From the NCBI GenBank assembly GCA_963740315.1, contig CAVUDP010000002.1, positions 3,104,001 to 3,168,000 on the forward strand: 64,000 nt of DNA. Reading direction: 5' to 3'. The notes beneath the pieces were generated by a model. The model ran no database searches. It was not told the DNA's origin and saw only the letters and a program-made list of their open reading frames with translations. Below, in pieces: positions 41,884-52,763 of this stretch. Position numbers and translations under genes: made by a program. The stretch is from an uncultured cyanobacterium (GTDB taxonomy: Bacteria > Cyanobacteriota > Cyanobacteriia > Cyanobacteriales > Nostocaceae). Numbering within the stretch: position 1 is the stretch's first letter; every line of letters starts with the position of its first letter.

Positions 41884-42415
41884 GTAAAATATTTTGATTC
41901 AAACTCAGCTTGGATTAAGAAAATTTCTGAACCGATTTTGAGAGCCTTCATTTTAGCTGGTGGGCTTAACTGTTGATGCTCTGTTAATTACACTAAATAA
42001 TCAAATGAACGTAATTACCCCAGAAACTCTAGAAAAACTTGTTGAATTACAATCTAATTATCAAGGTTGCGTAGATTTATTAGAATTAAAGCAATGTTTG
42101 CAACAAGAACCCTTTGGTTTAGCTGACGATAAAGTTAATAGTTATATCAGTAAAATAGAGGACGATCTAAAATTGCGATCGCACTTGGTTGAGTTAGTAA
42201 AATATTATCTGCAAGATTCCAAGCTGGATTCTACAGGTGTAGAGGCTTTACATGGTGCTTATTTTGGTTCTCAACCACCGCAACCTTTACAAACAAAGGA
42301 AATGTACGAAATTTTAATTGAACTTTCTTCTTCTTTAACGGGTTACTTGGGAAGAATCGAAGGTGCTGATTGGAAAAGCGATAAATTCTACTTTCTCCGC
42401 AATTTACGGAGTTAA
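41884..42415 (+). pseudogene. Partial diverged duplicate of the nuclease gene 3' half, lacking the catalytic core
   Basis: NQMNVITPETLEKLVELQSNYQGC...GADWKSDKFYFLR repeated; 41884-41931 matches 40944-40990. Confidence 0.9.
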
Positions 42416-42445
42416 TTAATATTCTTTCTTGATAATTGTTAAAAA

Positions 42446-42766
42446 GTTGGTAGGTTGGGTTAGACACGAAAACCAAATTAAACTTATAACGAAAATCTAA
42501 ATATCGTGTCGTAACCCAACATCCGGATTGTGGGAATATTCAGATATTACATTCATATTGATTTAGTTGGTAGGTTGGGTTAGACACGAAAACCAAATTA
42601 AACTTATAACGAAAATCTAAATATCGTGTCGTAACCCAACATCCGGATTGTGGGAATATTAAGATATCACATTCATATTAATTTAGAAGATGTTAGATTA
42701 CGGCGCAATATTAATTCCTAATTAAAAACCATTATTTTATAGTGCGCCTAACCCAACTTACCAACT
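42446..42766. repeat. REP/MITE-like GTAGGTTGGGTT element with internal 120-bp tandem duplication
   Basis: GTTGGTAGGTTGGGTTAG...CTAACCCAACTTACCAAC terminal inverted repeats; units at 42451 and 42571. Confidence 0.88.
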
Positions 42767-42776
42767 AATTTCAAGT

Positions 42777-43937
42777 TTACTTTTTATTTAGATTACTTGC
42801 CAAAGTTAATTTATTAATTAATTCATCTTTAAGTTCCTGAAAATAATTTGCAGCATCTTCCAAACCGGAAGCTTTAGCATAACGAATCAAAGGTTCTATT
42901 AACCAAGATTCTGTAGGACTCATTTGAGGTTGCAAAGTTCCATTCCGCAAATTCATATCTACCCATTGCAGACTCGAAGGAATATGATTTGCGTGTTCCA
43001 CAGCGCTTTTCATAGCTCGCTCGAAAATGACTTCTACATCTTCTTCTAAACCGTAAACTTTGACCATTTGTCCTACCCGAAATACGCGATCGACTAATTC
43101 ACGAATCCGAGATTGATAAGCAGAATCGAGAATTTCCCCAACTGTTAAAAGTTGAAAATGCCCTTCAGAATCAATCGCCAATAACTGTCCGAGTAAATTA
43201 ACCGTCAGATTTACCAGCGCTTTGTCAAATTCCAAGCGAGTCGCCGAACTATTTGCAGCCTCTTCAAACAAAGCTCCTCTTTCTGTCAAAATAGTAGCGC
43301 AACGCGATCTTGTGGCAGCATTTCCACCAGCAATCTGAGTTCGCCCTTTAGGTCCCGGACGATAAATTGTTTTAGCTCCACTGCCGATCCGCAATCCGGT
43401 TTGAATGGTGACACCGCGCAGCAATCGGCAGACAATTTGGGGTATTATATCGGGCCATAAGTCAGGTAAACGGGCAAACAGCGTTGCTTCTTCGATTTTT
43501 TCAATAAATATTTGTCGAAATCGTTGAAAATAAATGCCGTTTGAAGCAAGAATAAACAACGGTAAAGATTCATTTGGTGAAGATATCTGCCCTTGCTCGT
43601 ACACAAGAACTAGCAATTCTACAATGGTTGTAATCGTATCCAAAAGTTGGTCGGGATTTGGACAGATAAGCACTACTTCTGGTACAAAACCAGACTGAGC
43701 GCTTTTAATTAAATCCGGTTTGAGAATCTCTTCTGTAGATAAAGACTTGATTCCTTCTGGCGTGTCAATATTGATTTTGCCATCCTTGCGTAAAGCTTTG
43801 GCACTCTTAGAACCTCGTCTTTCTAACAAGTAGACACCATCTAATTGCTTTAATTTTCCGCTTAAATGATAAAAAAACCCAACTCCGAGCGCTCCAGCTG
43901 GCAAAATGCCAATATTGCCTTTATTTAAGCAAGCCAC
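42777..43937 (-). CDS. Hypothetical Rossmann-like protein (ketopantoate-reductase-like)
   Basis: IGILPAGALG, LASNG, DKALVN, PSSLQ echo ApbA/PanE motifs but are diverged. Confidence 0.6.
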   Translation of the reverse strand: MACLNKGNIGILPAGALGVGFFYHLSGKLKQLDGVYLLERRGSKSAKALRKDGKINIDTPEGIKSLSTEEILKPDLIKSAQSGFVPEVVLICPNPDQLLDTITTIVELLVLVYEQGQISSPNESLPLFILASNGIYFQRFRQIFIEKIEEATLFARLPDLWPDIIPQIVCRLLRGVTIQTGLRIGSGAKTIYRPGPKGRTQIAGGNAATRSRCATILTERGALFEEAANSSATRLEFDKALVNLTVNLLGQLLAIDSEGHFQLLTVGEILDSAYQSRIRELVDRVFRVGQMVKVYGLEEDVEVIFERAMKSAVEHANHIPSSLQWVDMNLRNGTLQPQMSPTESWLIEPLIRYAKASGLEDAANYFQELKDELINKLTLASNLNKK

Positions 43938-43950
43938 AAGTAATTTCTCC

Positions 43951-44352
43951 TTACAATTCTGTGAGGATTTGACAAGCTTTTTTCAAATCGGAAACTTTCA
44001 ATATTAAACGCATTTTGTCATCAGGGCGAACGGTGCTACCGTAAGTATATTCAATATTAATTTGGGCGCTGCCTAAAGCCTGAGTTAGTCGAGCTAATTG
44101 TCCCGGACTATCAGTCAGTTCAATCGCTAAGACTTCTGCTTCAATTACGTACAATCCTTCTTTTACCAAAAGACTTTTGCAGATAGCGGGTTCGCTACTT
44201 ATCAAACGAATCACGCCTTGTTCAATATTGTCAACAAGACTAATTGCCATGATATTGATATCTTGTTGAGAAATAATGCTGGTAACAGTAGCTAAACGAC
44301 CTGGGTAATTTTCCAGCGCTACTGTCAATTGACGTTGAGTTGTAAAATTCAT
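43951..44352 (-). CDS. Tandem ACT-domain protein
   Basis: QLTVALENYPGRLA and DSPGQLA...INIEYTY. Confidence 0.88.
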   Translation of the reverse strand: MNFTTQRQLTVALENYPGRLATVTSIISQQDINIMAISLVDNIEQGVIRLISSEPAICKSLLVKEGLYVIEAEVLAIELTDSPGQLARLTQALGSAQINIEYTYGSTVRPDDKMRLILKVSDLKKACQILTEL

Positions 44353-44569
44353 AATTAAATTTTTTTTTGCAAAAATAGCTAATTTAAACCCGACCAATTT
44401 GGCTATAACGTGATAATTTTATCTCAAAAATCTATATTTATTATCTATAGCGATTCTATATCAGTTGTAAATACTTGAAATGCTCAGATGTGGGATTTTC
44501 TGCGATCGCTACCCCATAAATTATTTAATTATATATTTATTATTGTACCAACAGACAAATTGATAGTTA

Positions 44570-44767
44570 GTAGGTTGGGTTAGATACGTTTACCAAATTG
44601 AACTTGTAACGAGAATCTATTTATTGTGTCGTAACCCAACATCGGTATTGCGGGTATAAGGTATTGCTTTCATAGCGATAATTCAATGTTGGGTTACAGC
44701 GCTGTAGTTAATTCATAATTAAAACCCATTATTGTTCTATTGTTCGTGCGCCGTGAAGCTAACCTAC
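44570..44767. repeat. Second copy of the GTAGGTTGGGTT element
   Basis: GTAGGTTGGGTTAGA...GTGTCGTAACCCAACATC...AACCTAC, same orientation as 42446. Confidence 0.82.
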
Positions 44768-44875
44768 CTTTTAATTATTAATGGACTTAGTTAATAAACC
44801 CGCAGTAAGGCGGGTTTTGCTTGTGTAGCAGCGGTAACAAAGCGCCGGATATGGGTTTTATAAATCAACTAAAAA

Positions 44876-45328
44876 CTAACCTTTAAAAGATATTTGCTTT
44901 ATCGCTTCTAATTCATTCCACGCGGTTTCTGCTGCTTCTAAATCATAGGGAAAAGGTCTTCCACGGGTAACGTAATCGAGCTTTTGCGGTTCTCTATGAC
45001 GTAATACGGCGTTTACTACTACGCAGGGTTCTGAGGTGAAATTAATTACTCCATGCAGCACTCCTGGTGGAATTGTCACCACTGCTGGGTATTTTTCGCT
45101 TAATGGAATGTACTGATATTGCTTATTAATTAAAGTAACTAAAACAAATCGACCTTTGACTACTAATAATTGGTCGGTTTGCGATTTATGTACGAATAAA
45201 TCTTCTACTGTATTGGGTGGAATCTGTACCAGCATGGTTTCATTACTGGCTTGAGGAGTGAAGAATTTAGTCATCCCTCCTTTAATTGACTCCAAATAAC
45301 GGATTTCAATTCCCCTGGCTTTACTCAT
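44876..45328 (-). CDS. Cupin (RmlC-like) protein
   Basis: DLFVHKSQTDQL and IPPGVLHG cupin motifs. Confidence 0.85.
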   Translation of the reverse strand: MSKARGIEIRYLESIKGGMTKFFTPQASNETMLVQIPPNTVEDLFVHKSQTDQLLVVKGRFVLVTLINKQYQYIPLSEKYPAVVTIPPGVLHGVINFTSEPCVVVNAVLRHREPQKLDYVTRGRPFPYDLEAAETAWNELEAIKQISFKG

Positions 45329-45453
45329 ATAAAAATTGTGCTAAAAAAGCATCCTAAAAATTGAATAGTACATTCAATCTAAGATGCTCTTAAATAAAAA
45401 AATGTTGCAAATGCAACAAAAGCTACCAAAATATGGTATCTAAGTATAAATTA

Positions 45454-47040
45454 TTAGCCAATAGAGAATTTTAAACTGTTCGGTTGTCCAAAATCACCAT
45501 CTATTACCACACCGCGTCCGTTGGCATGAAGATGACGCAATATGATGTAAGTTGACTCTATTTGCTCGGATGCACCTGCTTTTTCGGCTATTTCTCCTAG
45601 AGAAAGGGGATTTTTTGCTGCTTGTAGAACCGATACTACTTGCTGTTGCAATTCCAAAATAGCTACTGCTGCTTTTTTACCTGCTTCTACACCGGGTTGG
45701 TTGTAAGCGTTGACATTCACCAAGTTGGCGTAGAAACCTACAGCACGTTCGTATAAAGCAATTAACGCGCCTACGGTTCGGGGGTTAACTTGGGGAATGG
45801 TAACTGTAATTGAATCGCGTTCGTTTTCGTAAAGTGCTTTTCTAGTACCTTGAAGAAAACCGGAAAGATAATCACCTGATGTAATTCCCGGTTCAATTTC
45901 TAAAGAGGAACCTTTTCTATCTTCTAAAACTTCGATAAAGGTAAGGAAGAAGTTCGCTACCCCATCGCGCAACTGTTGAACGTATGCGTGTTGGTCGGTT
46001 GAGCCTTTATTACCGTAAACTGCGATACCTTGGTGGACGGTGTTACCGTCTAAATCTTTTTCCTTACCCAAGGATTCCATTACCAGCTGTTGCAAATAGC
46101 GGCTGAATAAAAGCAGGCTGTCTTTATAAGGAAGAACAACCATATCTTTTTCACCGCGTCCGTTGCCAGCGTAGTACCATGACATTGCTAACAGTGCGGC
46201 TGGATTATTTTCGAGATCCCAGACGCGAGTTGCGTCATCCATCTCTTTGGCACCATCTAGCATTTGACGAACGTCAATGCCTTGTAATGCTGCCGGAACA
46301 AGCCCTACAGCCGACATTTCCGAAGTCCGACCTCCCACCCAATCGTACATGGGAAAATGTGCCAGCCAGCCTTCCGATTCGCCAATCTTGCTCAGCTTAC
46401 TACCGGGCATGGTAATGGCGATCGCATACTGTGCAAAGTCCAAGTTTTGCCCAGCATAAGCTTTCTTGACTTCCATCATGCCGTTACGCGGTTCGGGTGT
46501 TCCTCCAGATTTGGAAATCACCAATACCAAGGTACTCGAAAGACGGTTCCTCACAGCCGTTAATACGCGATCGATTCCTGCTGGATCGCTGTTATCAATA
46601 AAGTGAATCGCCACAGGAGGATAATCTGTAGCTAAAGCTTGAGCTACAAATTGAGGACCGAGTGCGGAGCCACCAATCCCAATTGAGATTATATCGGTGA
46701 AGCGAGGAGCTTTGGGAGGATGAATCGCACCCGTGTGGATTTTCTCGGCAAATACTTCTATTTTCTCAATATTGTTAACAATTTCTTGCGTTACTTCCGG
46801 CGTAGGAGCCAAATCGGGATTTCGCAGCCAATAATGTCCAACCATCCGCTGTTCATCCGGATTTGCGATCGCGCCTTTTTCCAATTCCGCCATATCCGCG
46901 AAAGCCTTATCAAATGAAGGCTGTAACGACTTAACGAAGTCATCATCAAAGCCCATCCGGCTAACGTCTAGGTAAAAACCCAGTCCTTCATGGAAATATA
47001 GCCATTTCTGGTATCGTTGCCAAAGTGCCGTAGCATCCAT
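45454..47040 (-). CDS. pgi: Glucose-6-phosphate isomerase
   Basis: [35 protein letters not shown] motifs. Confidence 0.97.
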   Translation of the reverse strand: MDATALWQRYQKWLYFHEGLGFYLDVSRMGFDDDFVKSLQPSFDKAFADMAELEKGAIANPDEQRMVGHYWLRNPDLAPTPEVTQEIVNNIEKIEVFAEKIHTGAIHPPKAPRFTDIISIGIGGSALGPQFVAQALATDYPPVAIHFIDNSDPAGIDRVLTAVRNRLSSTLVLVISKSGGTPEPRNGMMEVKKAYAGQNLDFAQYAIAITMPGSKLSKIGESEGWLAHFPMYDWVGGRTSEMSAVGLVPAALQGIDVRQMLDGAKEMDDATRVWDLENNPAALLAMSWYYAGNGRGEKDMVVLPYKDSLLLFSRYLQQLVMESLGKEKDLDGNTVHQGIAVYGNKGSTDQHAYVQQLRDGVANFFLTFIEVLEDRKGSSLEIEPGITSGDYLSGFLQGTRKALYENERDSITVTIPQVNPRTVGALIALYERAVGFYANLVNVNAYNQPGVEAGKKAAVAILELQQQVVSVLQAAKNPLSLGEIAEKAGASEQIESTYIILRHLHANGRGVVIDGDFGQPNSLKFSIG

Positions 47041-47145
47041 AAGGGAAATCTCAAGTCACGTTATTTTCACAAACAAGTTTAAGCTAAGGTTCGAGAAATA
47101 CCTTGTCAACTTATACAGTTTTAACTGTTGACATAACTGCTCTCC

Positions 47146-47403
47146 TTAAACATCTGGCATAGGTATGACTCGCAGAAATTTCACAATTTCGCCTTTAACT
47201 TCAATCCCAACCAAATAATTATCCAAGGTAAAGCGATGAAATATGCCCTCTATATCAATTTGACGCAATTGGGGTAACGAATGCAAGTTCTCTGAAAATC
47301 CAAACTCAAAAAAGACAAAATTCAATACCCGTTTTTTAGCAGCCAAATCTAAATTATCTAAATCTTCTAAAAATGACCGTGCGTATCTAATTTCTAGCTT
47401 CAC
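47146..47403 (-). CDS. RelE/ParE-like toxin
   Basis: YARSFLEDL...HRFTLDNYLVG; 85 aa. Confidence 0.65.
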   Translation of the reverse strand: MKLEIRYARSFLEDLDNLDLAAKKRVLNFVFFEFGFSENLHSLPQLRQIDIEGIFHRFTLDNYLVGIEVKGEIVKFLRVIPMPDV

Positions 47404-47427
47404 CCGCTTATTTTGATAAAAAAATGA

Positions 47428-47690
47428 ATTAGGAGTTAGGAGTTAAGAGTTAGGAGTTAAGAATTAGGAGTTAAGAATTAGGAATTCTACCCCCTCTACC
47501 CCCTCTCCCCCTCTCCCCCTCTCCCCCTCTCCCCATCTCCCCCTGAGCCGCACGCTCCGCGTGAACGGGTTGCGCCACTTGCTACAAGTCGGGGAACCCG
47601 CGAGGGCGCAGTGGCTTACCATCTCCCCATCTCCCCATCTCCCCATCTCCCCATCTCCCCATCTCCCCCTCTCCCCCTCTCCCATCCCTT
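47428..47690. repeat. STRR arrays with a nested composite small repeat
   Basis: Insert at ~47543-47621 is near-identical (inverse) to 56972-57075. Confidence 0.9.
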
Positions 47691-47887
47691 CAAAGTGAGT
47701 CCAAATACCGCAGTGCTTCATCATGAGTTAAGAAATCCCACGGTTTCTGGGAATCCTTGACCTCTTGTATAGCTTTTTGTATCTGAAAATCACAACGTAA
47801 AGTGTAGACTGTATCCCAGGTTTTTTCTAGTTCATCTTCATTCAATTGCTCGATTAATTGATGAATTTTGTTTCGCAGATTTTCCAC
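47690..47887 (-). CDS. Putative antitoxin
   Basis: 65 aa; LIEQL.EDEL...LTHDEAL; upstream of the RelE-like gene. Confidence 0.6.
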   Translation of the reverse strand: MENLRNKIHQLIEQLNEDELEKTWDTVYTLRCDFQIQKAIQEVKDSQKPWDFLTHDEALRYLDSL

Positions 47888-48177
47888 GATCTTTTTCCTA
47901 GCATGACATTTTGTTAAGAAATATTAAAGATTAAATATTAAAATCAAACATCAAAAAACACCCAAATTTTTATTGCTTTTCTTACTAATGAGGTAATAGT
48001 TAACAGTTATACCGTCCCTCTACATAGATACGGGTAATATGTTGATGAATTTATTACTTGGAATTTTACCGGGAAATTAATGGCAACGGCTATAAAGCTT
48101 ATGTTTAATTAACACCCGTCGGATATCGGCTTTGATGTTACTAGGACGGAGCCACATTGAGAAAGCGGGGTAATGTA

Positions 48178-48290
48178 TTCGTAGTGCGTTAACGGAGTCT
48201 GTCCGATAGGACATGCGTCCCGCTCGCTGGTTGCTTTTAGCTCGCTCGTGGTAGCTAGCGAGCAAGATGCTCGCACTACCGGACACCTCT
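48178..48290. repeat. Composite small dispersed repeat (GTAGTGCG.../GCGAGCAAGATGCTCGC family)
   Basis: Shares modules with 16401-16470 and 56117-56163. Confidence 0.75.
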
Positions 48291-48601
48291 CAAAACTTAT
48301 GTGGCGGAGTCCTAGTACTTAAGCGCTTTACAAATAGGCTGTTATATGTTTAAATTCCAAACCTTAAAAAATCTTGCTGCCATTTTTTACAATTTCGATT
48401 TGCTAAATGCATAAGTTGATGAGAACTGAACATATAGAGAAGATAGGAAGTTACTTTTTAACTTCAACTGACTTTCAGCAAAAAGGTGTGAGGCTATGTG
48501 TAAGTCTCGATCGCATAACTTGTATGAAACATATTCCTTCAGGTAGTATTCCTGAATAAACAATTACTGTAATCAAAAAAATAAATGGAGAATTTAATTA
48601 A

Positions 48602-50107
48602 ATGCGAAAGCCGTTTTTAAAGCATCGTTGGTTATTAACTTTATTATTATGTTTGATTCCGACAGTGGCTTTAGCCCAGGATGAAGCAGCTGGAGAACCT
48701 TTCATCAAATCTCTTGATGCTGCTTTTGCTGGATTTGTAAAGGGAATATTTGATGTTCTATTTTTCAGCGTTGGTGGTTTTCCCCTGATCGTTTTATGGC
48801 TGATTTTTGGAGCGCTTTTCTTTACCATCCGTTTAAGGTTCGTCAATGTCCGCTTGTTTGGACACGCAATTGATATTGTTCGCGGAAAACACGACGATCC
48901 GAATGCACCAGGGGAAGTTTCTCACTTTCAGGCTTTAGCTACTGCTTTGTCGGCAACCGTGGGACTCGGTAACATTGCAGGAGTTGCGATCGCGATCGGT
49001 GTTGGTGGTCCGGGTGCAAGTTTATGGATGACTTTAGGTGGCTTGCTGGGTATGTCTAGTAAGATGGTTGAATGTACTTTAGGTCAGAAATATCGCATCA
49101 TTAAGCCCGATGGCAAGGTTGCGGGCGGACCGATGTACTATCTTTCCAGAGGATTTGCAGAAATTGGTTTAAAACCATTAGGTAATGTTTTAGCGATTCT
49201 ATTTTCTATTTGCACCATCTTCGCTGCTTTTGGTGCTGCAAATATGATTCAAGTCAATCAATCTTACGGTGCAGTTAAGGAAGTTTTTCCGATATATCCT
49301 TGGGTTTATGGTTTAGTTCTGGCTATTTTGGTGGGTTTGGTAATTATTGGTGGTATCCACCGGATCGGTCAAGTTGCGGGGACTATAGTACCAGTTATGT
49401 GCGTGCTTTACGTAGTTGCTGCATTGTGGATTCTGTTAGTTAACTTTACTCAGATTCCCGGTGCTGTTGCCACCATTTTCCAACAAGCCTTCACTCCCCA
49501 AGCTGTGGAAGGAGGAGTTATCGGTGTAATTGTCCAGGGTTTTAGACGCTCCACTTTTTCCAATGAAGCCGGAGTTGGTTCGGCTGCGATCGCTCACTCT
49601 GCTGCAAGAACCGATCGACCGATCAAAGAAGGTTTGGTGGGGCTTTTGGAACCATTCATCGATACAGTTGTTATCTGTAATATGACTGCTTTAGTAGTTG
49701 TAATTACTGGCGTTTATAACAATCCTCAATATGCAAATCTAGTAGAAACTAATCAAGGTGCAGCTTTAACTTCCGTTGCTTTTGGTTCGGTAATATCTTG
49801 GTTCCCCATATTACTGGCAATTTCCGTATTTTTATTTGCATTCTCTACAATGATTTCTTGGAGCTACTACGCAGAAAAAGCTTGGGAATATCTCTTCAGC
49901 GAACGTAGTTTGATTGTATACAGAATATTATTCATTGGTGCTACATTCATTGGTGCGATCGCCAAGCCTCAATCGGTACTCGATTTCGGTGACGCGACGT
50001 TTTTTGCAATGGCTTTGTTTAATCTATTTGGAATGTATTTCCTTACCAATAAAGTGGTACAAGATTTGAACGATTACGAACTGTATCTCAAAGAATCAAA
50101 ACTGTAA
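48602..50107 (+). CDS. Alanine/glycine:cation symporter (AGCS family)
   Basis: ATVGLGNIAGVA, GGPMYY, FSNEAGVGS, LEPFIDT motifs. Confidence 0.95.
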   Translation: MRKPFLKHRWLLTLLLCLIPTVALAQDEAAGEPFIKSLDAAFAGFVKGIFDVLFFSVGGFPLIVLWLIFGALFFTIRLRFVNVRLFGHAIDIVRGKHDDPNAPGEVSHFQALATALSATVGLGNIAGVAIAIGVGGPGASLWMTLGGLLGMSSKMVECTLGQKYRIIKPDGKVAGGPMYYLSRGFAEIGLKPLGNVLAILFSICTIFAAFGAANMIQVNQSYGAVKEVFPIYPWVYGLVLAILVGLVIIGGIHRIGQVAGTIVPVMCVLYVVAALWILLVNFTQIPGAVATIFQQAFTPQAVEGGVIGVIVQGFRRSTFSNEAGVGSAAIAHSAARTDRPIKEGLVGLLEPFIDTVVICNMTALVVVITGVYNNPQYANLVETNQGAALTSVAFGSVISWFPILLAISVFLFAFSTMISWSYYAEKAWEYLFSERSLIVYRILFIGATFIGAIAKPQSVLDFGDATFFAMALFNLFGMYFLTNKVVQDLNDYELYLKESKL

Positions 50108-50386
50108 AACAGCCTGTTTAAATTATATACAAAGAAAAATACGTTGTAGAGACTTCGCAATTGTAAAGTCTATTTTTTTAACTACTTAGAGGATGCGCGC
50201 TCATGCTACTAATATAACTCGAAACTTTTCAGATCCCCCTAAATCCCCCTTTTTTAAGGGGGACTTAAACCCCCCTTTTATAAGGGGGGAAGGGGGGATA
50301 ATCCGAGAATTGCGTTAAAAAAAAGATATTTTTCAAACATCCTCTTATTGCTATTTAAAATAAACAACAGACGCTAATCCCTACTC

Positions 50387-50725
50387 CTAACGCCTCCCAT
50401 TATTAACAAAACTTAATTCCTCAATTTGAGCATCTTTATCTGATATTGCTTTTCTCATTTCTAATAACTGCTTCTCTAACTTCTTTTTTTTACTTGCAGA
50501 TTTGCTAGATCCGATCGCTACGACACTTCCTATACCAAGCGCTATATTCAATGCTGCTCCCATTCCAGGAGACAAAAAATCTCTAACTTCACCATCAACA
50601 AACTCTCGATTATCTACTCGAATCTCTATTCGTTCGGAACCATATTCAGTTAAAAGCATAGCGAAGCTAGCAAAAATCATACCTGAAATTGCAATGGTTG
50701 GTAGCACCACTTTTTTAAACATCAT
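50387..50725 (-). CDS. Hypothetical membrane protein with C-terminal coiled coil
   Basis: Two hydrophobic segments; start uncertain (50725 or 50788). Confidence 0.65.
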   Translation of the reverse strand: MMFKKVVLPTIAISGMIFASFAMLLTEYGSERIEIRVDNREFVDGEVRDFLSPGMGAALNIALGIGSVVAIGSSKSASKKKKLEKQLLEMRKAISDKDAQIEELSFVNNGRR

Positions 50726-51233
50726 CTTTACCTTCGTGTCTCTTGAATTTCTAACAAAGCGATTCGATTTTGGATTATCGAATTGCAACTTTATCTTTGC
50801 TATTCAACTCAGGGCGAAAAGTCCCAATCGCCGATCGCTTTGGAAGCCGATTAATAACAACTTAATAATTTAATGAATATATTTTTATTTAATTTTGATA
50901 AAATCTTCACTTCTATTCATATTGGTTTAATGAAATCATCTTTCCTTAACCATAGAAATGCCGGTTCTTCACGGGCACTTGATATTACTACCGCAAAAAT
51001 ACTTATATAAGTCTTATCTAAACTTTACAAAAGTTACTATAGTGTTTTTATTTGAGCTTAAGATTTGATAAAAATCTAATTATTATCAAACGATTAAATA
51101 TCTTTCCCATCCCACATTTCCTATAGTCATTGAGAGAATGGGAGTCAGTAGTTTATGTACTTTATCCCTTGTCTCTTAACTATTTTTTCAATTTCAAATC
51201 TTTACACCTTGCAATTCGCTGCATTTGTAAGAT

Positions 51234-51815
51234 TTAACATCGCCAATACACCCCATTTTGCTCCTGCATCAAGCGACTATCTACTAATTCCTTTCGTAGA
51301 GTCTCAAAGTCTGGATAGTAACGTTTAAGAACCTCATCCACTTTATCCTGCGGATATTCTGCTCCTATTTCAAACTTGTCGATTACCCATTTGAGAATCG
51401 TCAAGCGCTTTTTACTGTTACCGGGAATTTCTCTGAGATATTTCACGGATGTACAATCTTGAATATTTCCTTCAATGTAAGTGCTTAATACCTTAACTTT
51501 CCAGGTTTCAAGATTTACACCATCAGCTAAAGAAGCTACTTTTTCCGGTAACAACACTTCCTTACTCATAGTTTGCAAAACATCTTTATCTAATTGATAA
51601 AAATGAGTATTGCCTTCAGGTCGCATTCGTACCAATTCAAGTTGCTTGAGTTTGGTTAAATGATGTGAGATTGTCGGTTCTTTTAGTTCTAATAACACAG
51701 CCAGTTCTTCTACACTGCACTCCTGAGTCGCTAGAATACCAATTATTTTTAGTCTACTTTCATCTGCCAACGCTTTAAAAAAACGCAACAGATTTTGCAA
51801 TTTCTCATTTTTCAT
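51234..51815 (-). CDS. ArsR/SmtB regulator with DUF2087 domain
   Basis: FKALADESRLKI...SHHL; DFETLRKELVD..LM...GVYWR. Confidence 0.9.
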   Translation of the reverse strand: MKNEKLQNLLRFFKALADESRLKIIGILATQECSVEELAVLLELKEPTISHHLTKLKQLELVRMRPEGNTHFYQLDKDVLQTMSKEVLLPEKVASLADGVNLETWKVKVLSTYIEGNIQDCTSVKYLREIPGNSKKRLTILKWVIDKFEIGAEYPQDKVDEVLKRYYPDFETLRKELVDSRLMQEQNGVYWRC

Positions 51816-51833
51816 TTTGTGCTATTTCTTTCG

Positions 51834-51849
51834 TTAGACACCCATCTAA
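51834..51849. promoter_or_regulatory. Candidate autoregulatory operator of the ArsR gene
   Basis: TTAGA-N6-TCTAA inverted repeat ~20 bp upstream of the start codon. Confidence 0.4.
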
Positions 51850-52763
51850 TTAGAGCCAAATAAAATAAAACTCCTGCTTTTTAATGCAGCAAAAACAAGG
51901 TTTAAAGCTTGCTTATAATACAAGTTATTTTGTAATATTTTTGTAAAAAAAAATTATATTCTTTTGCTTTTTTTTACATTTGGCTGAATTTGACGATAAT
52001 AAGCACTGTATGAACAAGCATTAATAGAACGCTGATTATGGTCAAGTAGGTTACTTCAATGAAGGCAAGTACGAGATTTACTTCGAATCGAGTAAGCATA
52101 ATCTCTATAATAATCATCAAATTAGAAGTTTACCTTGATTGAAGCTTACTTTTTAAAATGCCGACGATGAATTCTTTTAGTACGTTTCGATCGGCAGGTC
52201 TAACAAGTACCTCATTTATTAGAAACTAAGAATATCCCGATTAAAAATTTAAAACTTGACTATTAGTTGCAATAGCTAATAATTATCAGTTCCGACTATA
52301 CGATCGACTTTTGATTGCAACATTGAAATAGATACAACCTTCTTAACAATTGTGGCATTCCTACTCTCGTTTGCGATATCCCCCCACAAGGGTATTAAAG
52401 CCATTCTATCTATGCCTCTAGGAGGATATTGATAAGAATTTGAACCTACGTAAATTAAACTATAAATCGAGTTTGAATGCTTACAACTATGCTTATTTAA
52501 AGGATTATAGATTGGAGACATATTTCTTAACAATCCTAAAAACCTAACAAGGGAGGGTAACTTCGGGTTTGACATGTTAAATATTGTTGACAATTTTGCT
52601 CTTGTTTTTGTTGCTGAGTAGCGATCGCATTTTGCTTTCTGGCGACAATGCCGCGATCGCCGAAATGATTGGCAACAAGTCACAAAGAAGTTATATAAAT
52701 TTACAATAAATGCAAGCAGGCACTCTCGCTTGGATCGCGGCAGACGGGAGAATATGAAGCTGA

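Noticed and set aside
42446..42690. 120-bp repeats as a possible CRISPR or ncRNA array
   Set aside because: The whole unit is duplicated, including the would-be spacer, so it is a tandem duplication within a dispersed element.
52276..52683. 135-aa ORF downstream of the UPF0182 gene
   Set aside because: No recognisable motif, RBS or protein-like composition; left uncalled.
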